This document shows positions 1-10,011 of a stretch of DNA of 32,000 bases, one piece after another (the first letter of the stretch is position 1; each line of letters starts with the position of its first letter). The translations under genes and the position numbers were made by a program. Under the pieces are notes generated by a model. It was given only the letters and a program-made list of their open reading frames with translations, did not search any database and was not told the DNA's origin. Source of the stretch: Candidatus Heimdallarchaeota archaeon (GTDB lineage Archaea > Asgardarchaeota > Heimdallarchaeia > JABLTI01); assembly GCA_030614005.1 (NCBI GenBank), contig JAUWKS010000032.1, forward strand, positions 4,025 to 36,024. The letters run 5' to 3'.

Positions 1-687
1 GCAAGAAAAAACGCTCAAGAATATAATGGGAATTTAAACAGTTTATTTCTATTTGGGCGCTCTGCAGGAGCACATTTAGCTTTGTTGAGTGCGTTTCTAC
101 CTGAAACATATTCAAAAATATCTGGTGTAATTGCCTTTTATCCAATTACGGATCTTGAAGGATTCTATGATTTTTATCAAAAAAATCACAAGCGAAAAAT
201 CTCTTTGGTCAGAAGTACAATTGATAATTCAGATGATCACAAAATGTTATACAGACTCTTCTCACCATTGAGCTATGTTAATGAAGATACAAGTGACAAT
301 ATTCCACCAGTTTTCTTGGCTACAGGAGATAGAGATCGGCTTGTAAATCCTGAACAGTCAAAGAAATTATTCAATCGAATGCAAGAATTGGGAATACGAA
401 GTGTGTTATTAGATCTTCCTTGGGCAAATCACGGTTTTGATCAAGTTCTTCTTGGTCCGGGAGGACAATTGATGTTCAAGTATGTCCTTCAATTTTTGGC
501 TTGGGTTATAGCTCAGCAAGAACTGGACGATATAGAATTTAAAGCGAAAGAATATGGCTTAGATTCTATTGTCTCTCGAGAGAAAATTCACTCTATACAT
601 AGTTCTGATGATACAAGAAAAGCTAGGGAAGAGACTATTGTGAATATTGTCTCAACGAATAAAGAACGCTACAGAAACGATAAGTAG
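1..687 (+). CDS. Alpha/beta hydrolase (HSL-like esterase/lipase), 5'-truncated by window edge
   Basis: Frame 1 is open from base 1 (ARKNAQEYNGNLNSLFLFGRSAGAHLA): GxSAG nucleophile elbow, later GDRD (Asp) and HGFD (His) motifs. Confidence 0.85.
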   Translation, partial: ARKNAQEYNGNLNSLFLFGRSAGAHLALLSAFLPETYSKISGVIAFYPITDLEGFYDFYQKNHKRKISLVRSTIDNSDDHKMLYRLFSPLSYVNEDTSDNIPPVFLATGDRDRLVNPEQSKKLFNRMQELGIRSVLLDLPWANHGFDQVLLGPGGQLMFKYVLQFLAWVIAQQELDDIEFKAKEYGLDSIVSREKIHSIHSSDDTRKAREETIVNIVSTNKERYRNDK

Positions 688-724
688 TTATTCATATTAA
701 ATAAGCAAATAATAGGACGTAAGT

Positions 725-1294
725 GTGATGGTTAATCGTTGCTGGTGGGCTGGGACAGACAAAATGTATAATGATTATCATGATATTGAATGGGGTGTTC
801 CTGTTCATGATGATAGAGTTCTTTTTGAGTTTTTAACTTTGGAAGGGGCACAAGCTGGTCTCAGCTGGAGAACAATACTCGAGAGAAGAGAGAACTATCG
901 ACTGGCATTTGACAACTTTGATTACAAGAAAATTGCACAATACAGTGAAAGTAAAGCTGAAGAACTAAGAAATAATGCTGGAATCATTAGAAACAAATTG
1001 AAAATTCGTTCCACCATTACAAATGCAATTGCTTTTCTTGCAGTGCAAAAGGAATTCGGTTCTTTTGACGCATATATTTGGGGTTTTGTTAATAATAAAC
1101 CAATTCAAAATAATTTCAAAGAACCAAAGGATGTTCCCGCTAAAACTGAACTATCAGAGGATATTAGCAAAGATTTGAAAAAACGAGGTTTCAAATTTGT
1201 GGGACCAACGATTGTTTATGCTTACATGCAAGCAGTTGGTTTGGTGAATGATCACACTATGGATTGTTTTCGATACAAAGAATTGTTAGAATGA
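725..1294 (+). CDS. tag: DNA-3-methyladenine glycosylase I
   Basis: RCWW, YHDIEWG, LEGAQAGLSW, IIRNKLKI, GFKFVGPT and LVNDH..C motifs typical of Tag. Confidence 0.95.
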   Translation: MMVNRCWWAGTDKMYNDYHDIEWGVPVHDDRVLFEFLTLEGAQAGLSWRTILERRENYRLAFDNFDYKKIAQYSESKAEELRNNAGIIRNKLKIRSTITNAIAFLAVQKEFGSFDAYIWGFVNNKPIQNNFKEPKDVPAKTELSEDISKDLKKRGFKFVGPTIVYAYMQAVGLVNDHTMDCFRYKELLE

Positions 1295-1311
1295 CTTTTT
1301 GGTTAATCAAT

Positions 1312-1905
1312 TTATTTTCTTTTCCTTCGAGCAATTATACTAAAAAAGGCAAAAGCAAGTATCCCAGTAATAATCGTTATTGGCATTTCAAAACCAATAT
1401 TTCCTGTAGGTACTAATCCATCATCGATTTGATAGTATTCTAGAGAAAGGTAGAGCGTATCTTGGATTGCACTAGTTAAGCTTTGATCATTGTCAACTTC
1501 AAAGAAGAATTTCAAAGGGAGGCTGTATTCCTCTGTCTCTGAAGCATTAATATTGATACTAACATTTCCACTACTTTCTTGGCAGCGAAGAATGCGTAAA
1601 TGTCCTAAATTGCCAAATTCACTTTGCTCTACATCGGATAATACTCCATAACTCCAAAAATTAATCACCGCTGCAGAACATGTTGCTCCTACAGTTCCAG
1701 GCCAATCAAAATAGGCAATAAATTCTCCATTCCCGGATACTTCAAAGATTTCAATTGGTGTATCTTTTGAAGTGCTTTCTGATATCTTAAATGAAGTAGT
1801 ATAGGTTGGTGTAACTTCTAAACTAGTAAGAGATTGTAAGTTTAGAGAATTTATACTTAGAGCAATCAGTAAAATAATGGTTGCACTCTTTAACGATTTG
1901 GACAT
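1312..1905 (-). CDS. Hypothetical cell-surface protein with signal peptide and C-terminal TM + basic tail
   Basis: N-terminal hydrophobic segment; ends GFEMPITIITGILAFAFFSIIARRKRK. Confidence 0.7.
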   Translation of the reverse strand: MSKSLKSATIILLIALSINSLNLQSLTSLEVTPTYTTSFKISESTSKDTPIEIFEVSGNGEFIAYFDWPGTVGATCSAAVINFWSYGVLSDVEQSEFGNLGHLRILRCQESSGNVSININASETEEYSLPLKFFFEVDNDQSLTSAIQDTLYLSLEYYQIDDGLVPTGNIGFEMPITIITGILAFAFFSIIARRKRK

Positions 1906-2021
1906 TATTGATTCACCAAGTAATTAGCTGCACGGCACGGTTTTAGTCTATTCATTAAAAAAGTAACAAGAAGGGAGGAAAAAAAGTTAGAAATGAAAGA
2001 ATTTCCCAACAATCACTATAC

Positions 2022-2660
2022 CTAGAGTGTTGGGATATCTGCAATAGTGTATAATCTTGCTAAAGCCAGTAACAGACCCATACAAACACAGAGAAAAGCA
2101 TTGCCTAAAAGCCATCTTTCAGTCCATTTAACATTAAGAGTTCTGCGTTGCTTTCCATTCCTATCTTTGTAAATAAAAGGAACATGCATAAGAAAAGTGC
2201 CTTTTTTCTGACCAATGCGAAGCACTCCATTTCTCAAATCTCGAACATTGATATTCGGAAAATAGTCTAAGAAAAGATGTGAACCATATGCAATAATGAA
2301 CGGGATAAAACAACTAATGAGAGGATCATTAACTGTTACCCTCCACCACATACTTAACCCGAAAACAATTCCAGGGTAAAAGGATGAGTGGGATACAATA
2401 TCTCTGTGAGACATAAAGCTAAAGAGAACATCAAAATCCGGTCCTTCAGCCCCAAGAATCGCTAATAATAATGCAATAACCCAATAAAGCCAAATATCCG
2501 AAAATCCCGCACCAAATTTATTGTTAATAAGGATGAAATCAATGGGGATATATGCTGCGCCTAATACTATACCAACTGTTACATGAGCAGTTCTGTTTGC
2601 CAATAAATTCCCACCTGTGTTTTTTTTTCTTTTAAGAGAAATATGGTGGTTAGCGCTCAA
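2022..2660 (-). CDS. Membrane-bound metal-dependent hydrolase (YdjM-like)
   Basis: Several TM segments with H...PDFD...HRDIVSHS...SHLFLD motif order. Confidence 0.75.
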   Translation of the reverse strand: MSANHHISLKRKKNTGGNLLANRTAHVTVGIVLGAAYIPIDFILINNKFGAGFSDIWLYWVIALLLAILGAEGPDFDVLFSFMSHRDIVSHSSFYPGIVFGLSMWWRVTVNDPLISCFIPFIIAYGSHLFLDYFPNINVRDLRNGVLRIGQKKGTFLMHVPFIYKDRNGKQRRTLNVKWTERWLLGNAFLCVCMGLLLALARLYTIADIPTL

Positions 2661-2754
2661 AGATGTAAAAATCTTTTGGGGAAGAAACGCACTTCAGAAT
2701 TCAAAAAAAATTGATATAGGGGAATAATACATCGAACACACGAGGAAGCAATAT

Positions 2755-3732
2755 TTGACAATTCAGGATGATAAGAATAATACTGCTGGTTTTAAGGAAT
2801 TATCATTCAAATATGATGGTCCAAAATGGGATGCTCATGTTCACCTCTACAAACTAGATGATGTTCGTGAATTTGTTAAGTATTCTAAAGGGTACAACGT
2901 CCAAAAGATGACTGCTATTGTAAGAGACGATTGGAAAACTTATGAAAAAGAATTTCCCGAAACATTCGCATTCGCTCGTTTCATTATGTCTCAGGATCTT
3001 TTTACAGGTGATATTCAAGCAGTTGTCAATGATGTGCAAGAAATGCATGACTCTGGCTATCCTATAGCAAAATTCTGGTATGCCCCTAGATGGAGAAAAT
3101 ATGTAGAAGAGAAGTATCAAGCTAATATTGAAGGATTTAGAATTGATAATCCAGATTTAGACCCAATCTTTTCCAAAATCGAAGATTTAGGACTAACGTT
3201 ACTTTTTCATATCTCTGATCCAGACATTTTTTATGATACTAAATACCAACCAACCAATTATTACGGGACAAAAAAACAACACCTGGAAGAATTTGAGAAT
3301 ATTATCTCGAGACACCCAAATATGAACGTCATTGGTGCACACATGTCCGGACAACCGGAACACTTGGATGATTTAGGCAAGTGGTTTGAAAAATACCCTA
3401 ACTTTTATGTTGATACTTCATCTGCAAAGTGGATGGTCCGTGAATTTTCCTATGATCCAGATGGAACAGCTGAATTTTTTGTCAAGTATCAAGACAGAAT
3501 AATGTTCGGTACAGACATTGTAACAGGAAGAACTGATCGCGAACCAATTCCAGGATACTATTACAAGCGCTATCTATCTCTTTTAGCATTATTGGAAACA
3601 GATGTGAGAGATTTACCATTGCCCGTTGAAGATCCTGAAAATAATAATAAAACGGTTATTAATGGTTTAGACCTTCCAATGAATGTTTTGAGAAAAATCT
3701 ACTGGGAAAATGCCAAACAACTTTTTGGTTAA
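2755..3732 (+). CDS. Amidohydrolase_2 family protein
   Basis: DAHVH, FH..DP, GAH, YVDTS and MFGTD metal-binding TIM-barrel motifs; TTG start after GAGG. Confidence 0.85.
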   Translation: MTIQDDKNNTAGFKELSFKYDGPKWDAHVHLYKLDDVREFVKYSKGYNVQKMTAIVRDDWKTYEKEFPETFAFARFIMSQDLFTGDIQAVVNDVQEMHDSGYPIAKFWYAPRWRKYVEEKYQANIEGFRIDNPDLDPIFSKIEDLGLTLLFHISDPDIFYDTKYQPTNYYGTKKQHLEEFENIISRHPNMNVIGAHMSGQPEHLDDLGKWFEKYPNFYVDTSSAKWMVREFSYDPDGTAEFFVKYQDRIMFGTDIVTGRTDREPIPGYYYKRYLSLLALLETDVRDLPLPVEDPENNNKTVINGLDLPMNVLRKIYWENAKQLFG

Positions 3733-3862
3733 TCAAGTCCAATTTTCAATTTGGTTATTAGCTTTATATACTCGATTGTTCCGTCCACATTCAGCGGTCG
3801 AAAAAACTGTTAGTTTTAGCCTGTACCGCAAAACTCTGATATTTAGGCAGGGAGAAATAAAT

Positions 3863-5554
3863 TTGAAATTTATACAATTAGATGATGGTGAATCTCAGCT
3901 ACAAAAAGCTGTTAAACTACTAAAAAAGAACGGTTACAAAAGTTCAATCATAGAATTTGAAAGTGGAATCGAACAAATAGTAGCAAATAGAATAAAACAA
4001 TTGGAAAAAAATCTCGAGCAATTAGAGAGCAGCTATACACAATTGGCTAAAAGAATTAGAGGATTCTTTCGAATGGAATTACCAAGTGGTAAATTAACTT
4101 TGGTCGATCAATTTTTGTCCGAGTTGAGTGGGTACCCCCCAAATGTATGGACAGAAACACCAAATTTCATAGAGAAAATAATCCATCCAGATCATTCCTC
4201 TTATTATCAAGAAAATTTCCAGAATCTTTTGAATAACCAAGTGCCGAATCTTCTTGAATACAAAATCATTCGTGCAGATGGTGAAGTAAGATGGTGGTTG
4301 CAATTTTCAATAGGTGCTTTTAATTCCGACGGAAAATTGATCTCAATATCCGCAGTATTGATAGATAACACTGAAAACAAAAAGAGAGAGATCAAATATA
4401 GTAATCTATGTGAAAGCGTAACAGCAGGTATTTTTGTTGTTAATTTTAAAACCGGTCAGATATTAGAAGCAAATCAAAAGGTGGTTGAGGGTTTGGGGTA
4501 CTCTTCAGTTGAGGAACTAAAACAGAACAAGACATCTATTGATCATTATTACAATGCTTCTGATCGAGCACTAGTCATAAAGAAACTCATAGATGAGACG
4601 AAAATAATTGATTACGAGTTGCCATTGAAGCACAAAGATGGGCACCCAATATGGGTTAGCCTTTCAGCCAAACTTTATCCAAAAGAGGGTTACATTGAAG
4701 GAATAGCTATAAACATTTCTCAAAGAAAGATTACTGAGAGCAAATTACGTGAAAGTGAAGAGTTATTCCGAACTTTGGCAGAACAATCTGTAGCAGGGAT
4801 TCTTTTAATTCAAGATGATAAGATAGTCTTTGCAAATGATGTAATAGCAAAGCACTCCGGATATACTTTGGAAGAATTTCTGTCATTAAATGCCAATGAT
4901 TTTCTTAAACTTGTCCACAAAAAAGACCAACCATTTTTTGAAGAACAATTGAACAAAGTAACTATTCAAGGCTCTGCTCCAGAATACTATATAAGAATTA
5001 TCTCCAAATCTGGAGAAACTATCTGGGTATCAATGCAAATGAACAAATTTGAGTTTCAAGGTAGCTCAATGATTGCTGCAACAATTGTTGAAGTAACAAA
5101 AAGAGTTGCTTTTGAGCAAAAACTTCGTGAAGAACGTAATCTAGCTCAGAAATATTTTGATATTGCAGGTGTACTGTTACTCGTTCTCGATGTGAATGAA
5201 AATGTAGTTCAAATTAATGAACGCGGCTGCAAAATATTGGGTTACACAAAAGAGGAAATGATTGGAAAAAACTGGATAGAGAATTTTCTACCTAAAAGAA
5301 TAAGATCTATGGTCAGAACAACTTTTGGAAAAGTCCTCTCTGGTGAAATAACGCCTGATAAATATTACGAGAATTATATTCTAACGAAAACGGGAGAAGA
5401 ACGACTTATCACTTGGCACAATACTGTAATAAAAAGCGCAGAAGGAGATATTGAAGCGATAATCAGTTCTGGTGAAGATATCACTCAATGGCGATTGGCT
5501 GAAGAAATTTTACTAGATAATGATTTGAATATCAATAAAATGCTCAAAAAGTAA
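3863..5554 (+). CDS. Multi-PAS (S-box) protein with no recognisable output domain
   Basis: Four PAS/PAC repeats (IIHPD...ADGEVRW; KHKDGHPIWV; SKSGETIWV; TKTGEERLITW). Likely start is TTG 3863 after GGGAG rather than ATG 3710, which overlaps the upstream gene. Confidence 0.85.
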   Translation: MKFIQLDDGESQLQKAVKLLKKNGYKSSIIEFESGIEQIVANRIKQLEKNLEQLESSYTQLAKRIRGFFRMELPSGKLTLVDQFLSELSGYPPNVWTETPNFIEKIIHPDHSSYYQENFQNLLNNQVPNLLEYKIIRADGEVRWWLQFSIGAFNSDGKLISISAVLIDNTENKKREIKYSNLCESVTAGIFVVNFKTGQILEANQKVVEGLGYSSVEELKQNKTSIDHYYNASDRALVIKKLIDETKIIDYELPLKHKDGHPIWVSLSAKLYPKEGYIEGIAINISQRKITESKLRESEELFRTLAEQSVAGILLIQDDKIVFANDVIAKHSGYTLEEFLSLNANDFLKLVHKKDQPFFEEQLNKVTIQGSAPEYYIRIISKSGETIWVSMQMNKFEFQGSSMIAATIVEVTKRVAFEQKLREERNLAQKYFDIAGVLLLVLDVNENVVQINERGCKILGYTKEEMIGKNWIENFLPKRIRSMVRTTFGKVLSGEITPDKYYENYILTKTGEERLITWHNTVIKSAEGDIEAIISSGEDITQWRLAEEILLDNDLNINKMLKK

Positions 5555-5619
5555 AGAATTTTGAAGACCATTCATTTTAAAAAATTAAAAGAAGAAAGAA
5601 CTTTCAGGTTCTTCTTCTA

Positions 5620-5874
5620 TTATGCTTTACTTCCAAAACGTGTTCTGAATCTTGAATATCCTCTCGAGTGATAATTTCTAAAAACTCCTTTTGAAAGGAT
5701 GGTATCACCACACCTCGGACAAGAGTAGAAGTTTTGATAGTATTTGTGTTCTTTGAATTTCAATGTAATGAGTTGTCCACAGTTTGGACAAAATCTCAGT
5801 GTTTTCATTTCTTCACGCGCTTCTCGTTGCCAATCAATTAATGTATCTTCGTCAAACATTCTTATCGGAACCAA
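5620..5874 (-). CDS. Small zinc-ribbon protein
   Basis: CPNCG...CPRCG pairs in 84 aa. Confidence 0.65.
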   Translation of the reverse strand: MVPIRMFDEDTLIDWQREAREEMKTLRFCPNCGQLITLKFKEHKYYQNFYSCPRCGDTILSKGVFRNYHSRGYSRFRTRFGSKA

Positions 5875-6277
5875 TCGTTTTTTCTCTCAGTAGTGGTCCC
5901 AAAGTTTCCTGTTCTAAATTCAATTGGCAATTCATTTTACACAATATAAAACACTAGAAAAACAAATCTTTATCTCGTTTAAGAGAAAACTATGATAAAA
6001 TGTATAATGAGAAATTTTTGCACAGAAAAATGCTGTTCAGTGCAAGAGCTTTGGTCTAATTCACTCAACTTAACCGTTAAGTTCACAACATATACTGAAT
6101 TAGTGTTTTTAAACCCAACAAATAGATTGTGAGAAAATAAACCTGATTTTTACAGATTAATCAAATTAAGTTTCTGAATACAAAATGATATAAATTCCTT
6201 TTTCTCATTCATTTTAAGGAAAAAGTAAATAGTTTTGCTAACGATAAATAACAATAAAATCACCAGAGTTTTTCACT

Positions 6278-7417
6278 ATGCGCTCTTTCTCTGTGAACCT
6301 TCACGACAAAATGTGCTCTCTCTGCAAAAAATCTTCCAGTACAATATCTGCTAAACTCGGTGTTTGTAAGCAATGTATCTTGACTGATTTTAATGAAGCA
6401 ATGAAAATTGTTGATGTTAATCGTCTCAAGTTTCGCAAATTGTATAATCTACCTGTTTTGAAACCAAACTCAAAAGCTGGTGTAAGTTGTGGTGATTGTG
6501 TTAATAATTGTATGCTAGCAGAAGGTGAGTTTGGTTTTTGTAATCTTGTTACCAATATTAATGGTAGAAAAGTGCGTATTGCTGGTGATAACATTAAGGG
6601 TGGTTTCTTCAGTTTTTATTATGATCCTTTGCCCAGTAATTGTGTTGCCGGTCCTTTCTGTCCTGGTTGCACTTCAAGTGGTTATCCAAAATACTCATAT
6701 GCTAAAGGCCCAGAAATCGGTTGGAACAATCTTTCTGTCTTTTATCAATCATGTACCTATGATTGTTTGTTCTGTCAAAATTACCAATATCGAAAAGGTG
6801 TTCATCTTACGAGCCTCTCAATGCCAGATGTGCTGATTAAAGCTTTAAAACAAAACACAAGTTGTATCTATTTTTTCGGTGGAGACCCCTCTTCACAAAT
6901 TAGGCATTCTATTGCTGTTGGTAAATTAGCTTTGGAGAAAGCGAAAAAGGAAAAACGAATTTTGCGGGTTTGTTGGGAAACAAACGGAAGTGCTAGACCT
7001 TCTCTTATGAAGCAAGCAGCTGGGATTGCTTTGAAGTCAGGTGGATCTATTAAAATCGATTTCAAAGCTTACGATGATTGCTTAGTAAAAGCTCTCTGTG
7101 GCTCCAGTAATAAATTCACAATTAGAAATATACGTAACATTGGTTCAATGACTAGAAAAAGACCTGAAACTCCCTTGCTGGTTGTTAGTACCTTGCTAGT
7201 TCCTGGGTACATTGAAAAAGATCAAATCGAAAAAATAGCCAAATTCCTAATGGAAATCAACCCATCCATTCCATATTCCTTACTTGCCTTTTACCCTGCA
7301 TTTGTTATTGATGATTTACCAACTACATCAAGAAAGCATGCTGAAGAATGTTTTGCTATTGCTAAAGAAGTTGGTTTAGAAAATGTTTGGATAGGTAATA
7401 AACATCTCCTCAGGTAA
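6278..7417 (+). CDS. Radical SAM protein, PFL-activase/AmmeMemoRadiSam-like
   Basis: CTYDCLFCQN CxxxCxxC motif, GGDPS, ETNG, N-terminal Cys cluster, ENVWIGN C-terminus. Confidence 0.88.
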   Translation: MRSFSVNLHDKMCSLCKKSSSTISAKLGVCKQCILTDFNEAMKIVDVNRLKFRKLYNLPVLKPNSKAGVSCGDCVNNCMLAEGEFGFCNLVTNINGRKVRIAGDNIKGGFFSFYYDPLPSNCVAGPFCPGCTSSGYPKYSYAKGPEIGWNNLSVFYQSCTYDCLFCQNYQYRKGVHLTSLSMPDVLIKALKQNTSCIYFFGGDPSSQIRHSIAVGKLALEKAKKEKRILRVCWETNGSARPSLMKQAAGIALKSGGSIKIDFKAYDDCLVKALCGSSNKFTIRNIRNIGSMTRKRPETPLLVVSTLLVPGYIEKDQIEKIAKFLMEINPSIPYSLLAFYPAFVIDDLPTTSRKHAEECFAIAKEVGLENVWIGNKHLLR

Positions 7418-7473
7418 CGAACTTTCGAAGGAGAAAATAAAAAGAAATAATAAAATGAAAAGAGGAAAGTTGA

Positions 7474-7719
7474 TTATTTCTTTCCTTCTAAACCGTATAT
7501 GCAGAAATAACCGCCTTGAAGTTTATCTCTTGTGTAGATAGGACATCCAAAGCAAGTGCATCCTTTGTCAACAATTTTATCTGCCATCTCTGATTTTCCT
7601 CGAGCGCAGAAAAGGGCATGTGGAGCAACTTCTTTCAGTTTATTTTCTTTGAATGTTGGACATATACCACAAAAATCTTTACAGATCTTCATATTTTCTT
7701 GTGTATCTTCAACTGGCAT
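7474..7719 (-). CDS. DUF2769-like Cys-rich protein
   Basis: C..FCGICPT...LFCARGKS...CTCFGCPI...YFC pattern. Confidence 0.75.
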   Translation of the reverse strand: MPVEDTQENMKICKDFCGICPTFKENKLKEVAPHALFCARGKSEMADKIVDKGCTCFGCPIYTRDKLQGGYFCIYGLEGKK

Positions 7720-7846
7720 AATTACTCACTCGTTATCTAAACGATACAGAGATTTGTTATAAAGATGTCTCTTAAATAAATAAACTATTATTTGTTAGGT
7801 TAACTAAACATTTCAGAATACTCTTTATTGAGTATTCATCAACTCT

Positions 7847-8050
7847 TTACCTATTTTTAGTTGAGTATTTCCTTTTAATTTTAACAATAAACGTTAGTAT
7901 AAAAATCGATGTACACAGAAGTAAAAATTGATGAGTAATGGCTATATTTCGAACTGAGTTAATGCTAATACCTTCTTCCAATTCATAGATGCCGATGTTT
8001 CCTAAGACATCTTCTGCAATGATTCTCAATCTATAATTGCCAATTGGTAC
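7847..8050 (-). pseudogene. 3' remnant of an Ig-like surface protein with TM + basic tail
   Basis: PIGNYRLRIIAEDVLGNIG (Ig/FN3-type final strands), then a hydrophobic helix and KIKRKYSTKNR; no N-terminus. Confidence 0.5.
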
Positions 8051-8250
8051 TTGTTTTTATCACAGATTCTTCGTAATAACTGTAGAAACTCCGGTCTAAA
8101 ATGATTATCTCCACCTTCTCCTTGGATTGGTTCAATAATTAACGAAGCAATGTCTTGACTTTTCTTAGCTAGTACATCTTCAATTTCCTTTAATGCTTGT
8201 TCCTCTAATGATTTGACTGTTTCAAGATGTTTTTCAATTGGAAAAGTGAT
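8050..8250 (-). pseudogene. Internal fragment of class-III aminotransferase (L-lysine 6-transaminase-like)
   Basis: PIITFP...EEQAL.EI...IASLIIEPIQGEGGDNHFRPEFLQLLRRICD is the class-III EPIQGEGG segment; both termini missing. Confidence 0.75.
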
Positions 8251-8349
8251 TATCGGTGCTTGTAATTCTTGGCAAATCAATACGAGAGAAAAGAGCAAAA
8301 CTAATCACTTCTTCAGATAAAACAATATCAAAAAAGGATTAATCCTTGG

Positions 8350-8700
8350 GTGAGTAAATTGAAATCAGTAAAAGAGATACCAAAACTAGAGAAAAAAAGA
8401 TTTGAAGAATGGGCGGAAGAAATAATAGAAAAATATGCTATAAAAGAAACAGATACTCTCGAGAATGTCACTGAATATATAGCAAAATTCTTTGATGAAC
8501 TCTTTGTAAATTACAAAATATCTTTCTCAGATATCCATCCTGATGGCATTTTTCCATTTGCATTAAATAGACTGGATAAAAAACCAAGTTATGCGGACGA
8601 GAAATTTTTCGACGAGCTTTTCGAAGTGGAGAATCATTTGAGATGGACCTATACAATGGTATTGACAAAGTTATATCGAGAAAAAGAATGCCCGTTTTGA
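8350..8700 (+). CDS. Hypothetical protein
   Basis: 116-aa ORF with normal composition, filling the intergenic gap. Confidence 0.55.
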   Translation: MSKLKSVKEIPKLEKKRFEEWAEEIIEKYAIKETDTLENVTEYIAKFFDELFVNYKISFSDIHPDGIFPFALNRLDKKPSYADEKFFDELFEVENHLRWTYTMVLTKLYREKECPF

Positions 8701-8768
8701 TCGTTAAGTAATAAAAAATAGAAAAGAGCAATAGTATAACTCTATTGTTGCTATTGTAAATCTGTGTT

Positions 8769-9179
8769 TTAGAACATGAATAGTAAGAAGGATAATATTG
8801 CACCTGATTGTAATATTCCCAGAATAAGCCCAATTACTGCTTTATTTCTATTGTAAGGATTTGATAAACCAATAATGCCGAAAATAATTGCTAACAATCC
8901 TCCAATACCAGGTATGACAAATAAACCAATTATAGCAAAAACTAGTGATAGATCTGCAGCTTGATTCTTCTGGATGGATGCTTGAGTACTAGTTTGTACA
9001 TAGGTTGTTTGTGTTGGTGTTCCAAATTGGTGTGTTGGCTGGTGATATGGTTGAGTTGGTTGAGCTTGAGTTGGAGTGCTTGGAGATACATTGCTATCTA
9101 AACTTGCTCCGCAATTATTACAAAATGACTCACCTGGTTTTGATATACTCCCACAGTAAGGACAATATGATTCCGACAA
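8769..9179 (-). CDS. Zinc-ribbon + Pro/Gln linker + DUF4190-like membrane protein
   Basis: CPYCG...FCNNCG, PTQ-rich linker, two TM helices; TTG start after GAGGAG. Confidence 0.75.
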   Translation of the reverse strand: MSESYCPYCGSISKPGESFCNNCGASLDSNVSPSTPTQAQPTQPYHQPTHQFGTPTQTTYVQTSTQASIQKNQAADLSLVFAIIGLFVIPGIGGLLAIIFGIIGLSNPYNRNKAVIGLILGILQSGAILSFLLFMF

Positions 9180-9321
9180 AGTTGATTTCTCCTCAAATGT
9201 TAGACTATTATGTTAATACTATCTCTTAAATATTATAAATATCCTCATTCAATAAATGTTTCTTATACAAAATAGCTAAAGATTAAGAAGAAAAAATAAA
9301 AAAAAGGAATGATAATGTTGA

Positions 9322-9798
9322 CTAATACATATAGGGATAGTATGTTGTAAAGACTAGTACTAATAGGACAATTACTATGATAGAAAGTACAATTCCTATT
9401 ATATTTAATATTAAACCAGCTATTGATAATCCTTTCTTCGTTGGCGACTTATTCATTCCTACAATACCTAATATTACTCCTACTACATAAAATACTGGTG
9501 TAATAAAAGCAAAAATAAATATTGAAATAAATCCAACAAATGCCATTACTAGTGATATTATTCCAAATACATCAGTCTGACTTGATGCAGGTTTTCCCGG
9601 TTGAACATAAGTTGTTTGAGCACTTGCTCCATATTGCTGTGTTGGAGGAGGGTAATGTTGTTGTTGAGGTGGTGGGGCTGGATAGCTTTGACTTGGTGTA
9701 GAACCAGGTATCGACTCAACTCTTGAACCACAAGAATTGCAAAATTCATTATTGATCTCTATTTCACTTCCACAATGGGAACAATATGATTTTGTCAA
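9322..9798 (-). CDS. Zinc-ribbon + Pro/Gln linker + DUF4190-like membrane protein (paralog)
   Basis: CSHCG...FCNSCG, PPPQQ linker, TM hairpin with GLSIAGLIL; TTG start after GGAGAG. Confidence 0.75.
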   Translation of the reverse strand: MTKSYCSHCGSEIEINNEFCNSCGSRVESIPGSTPSQSYPAPPPQQQHYPPPTQQYGASAQTTYVQPGKPASSQTDVFGIISLVMAFVGFISIFIFAFITPVFYVVGVILGIVGMNKSPTKKGLSIAGLILNIIGIVLSIIVIVLLVLVFTTYYPYMY

Positions 9799-10011
9799 TA
9801 AGATCTCTCCGAAAGTTTTTAGTTCCTATGATTATCTTCTTCGATTGGCAATATAAAGATAATCATTTCTATAAACATTTTCTATCTACTCATGCAAAAC
9901 AAAATTTATTGTTATTATTTTTTAAGTAGATTGTCTTTAACCTATCTATTTTTCAATTTCCTCGTAATTTAGAGAGAAGGAATTAGCTAACCACTCTTCT
10001 GCATCTTCACT

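Noticed and set aside
5880-6277. Possible riboswitch upstream of the radical SAM gene
   Set aside because: Only a weak TTGCAC/GTGCAA hairpin in AT-rich DNA; no recognisable aptamer consensus.
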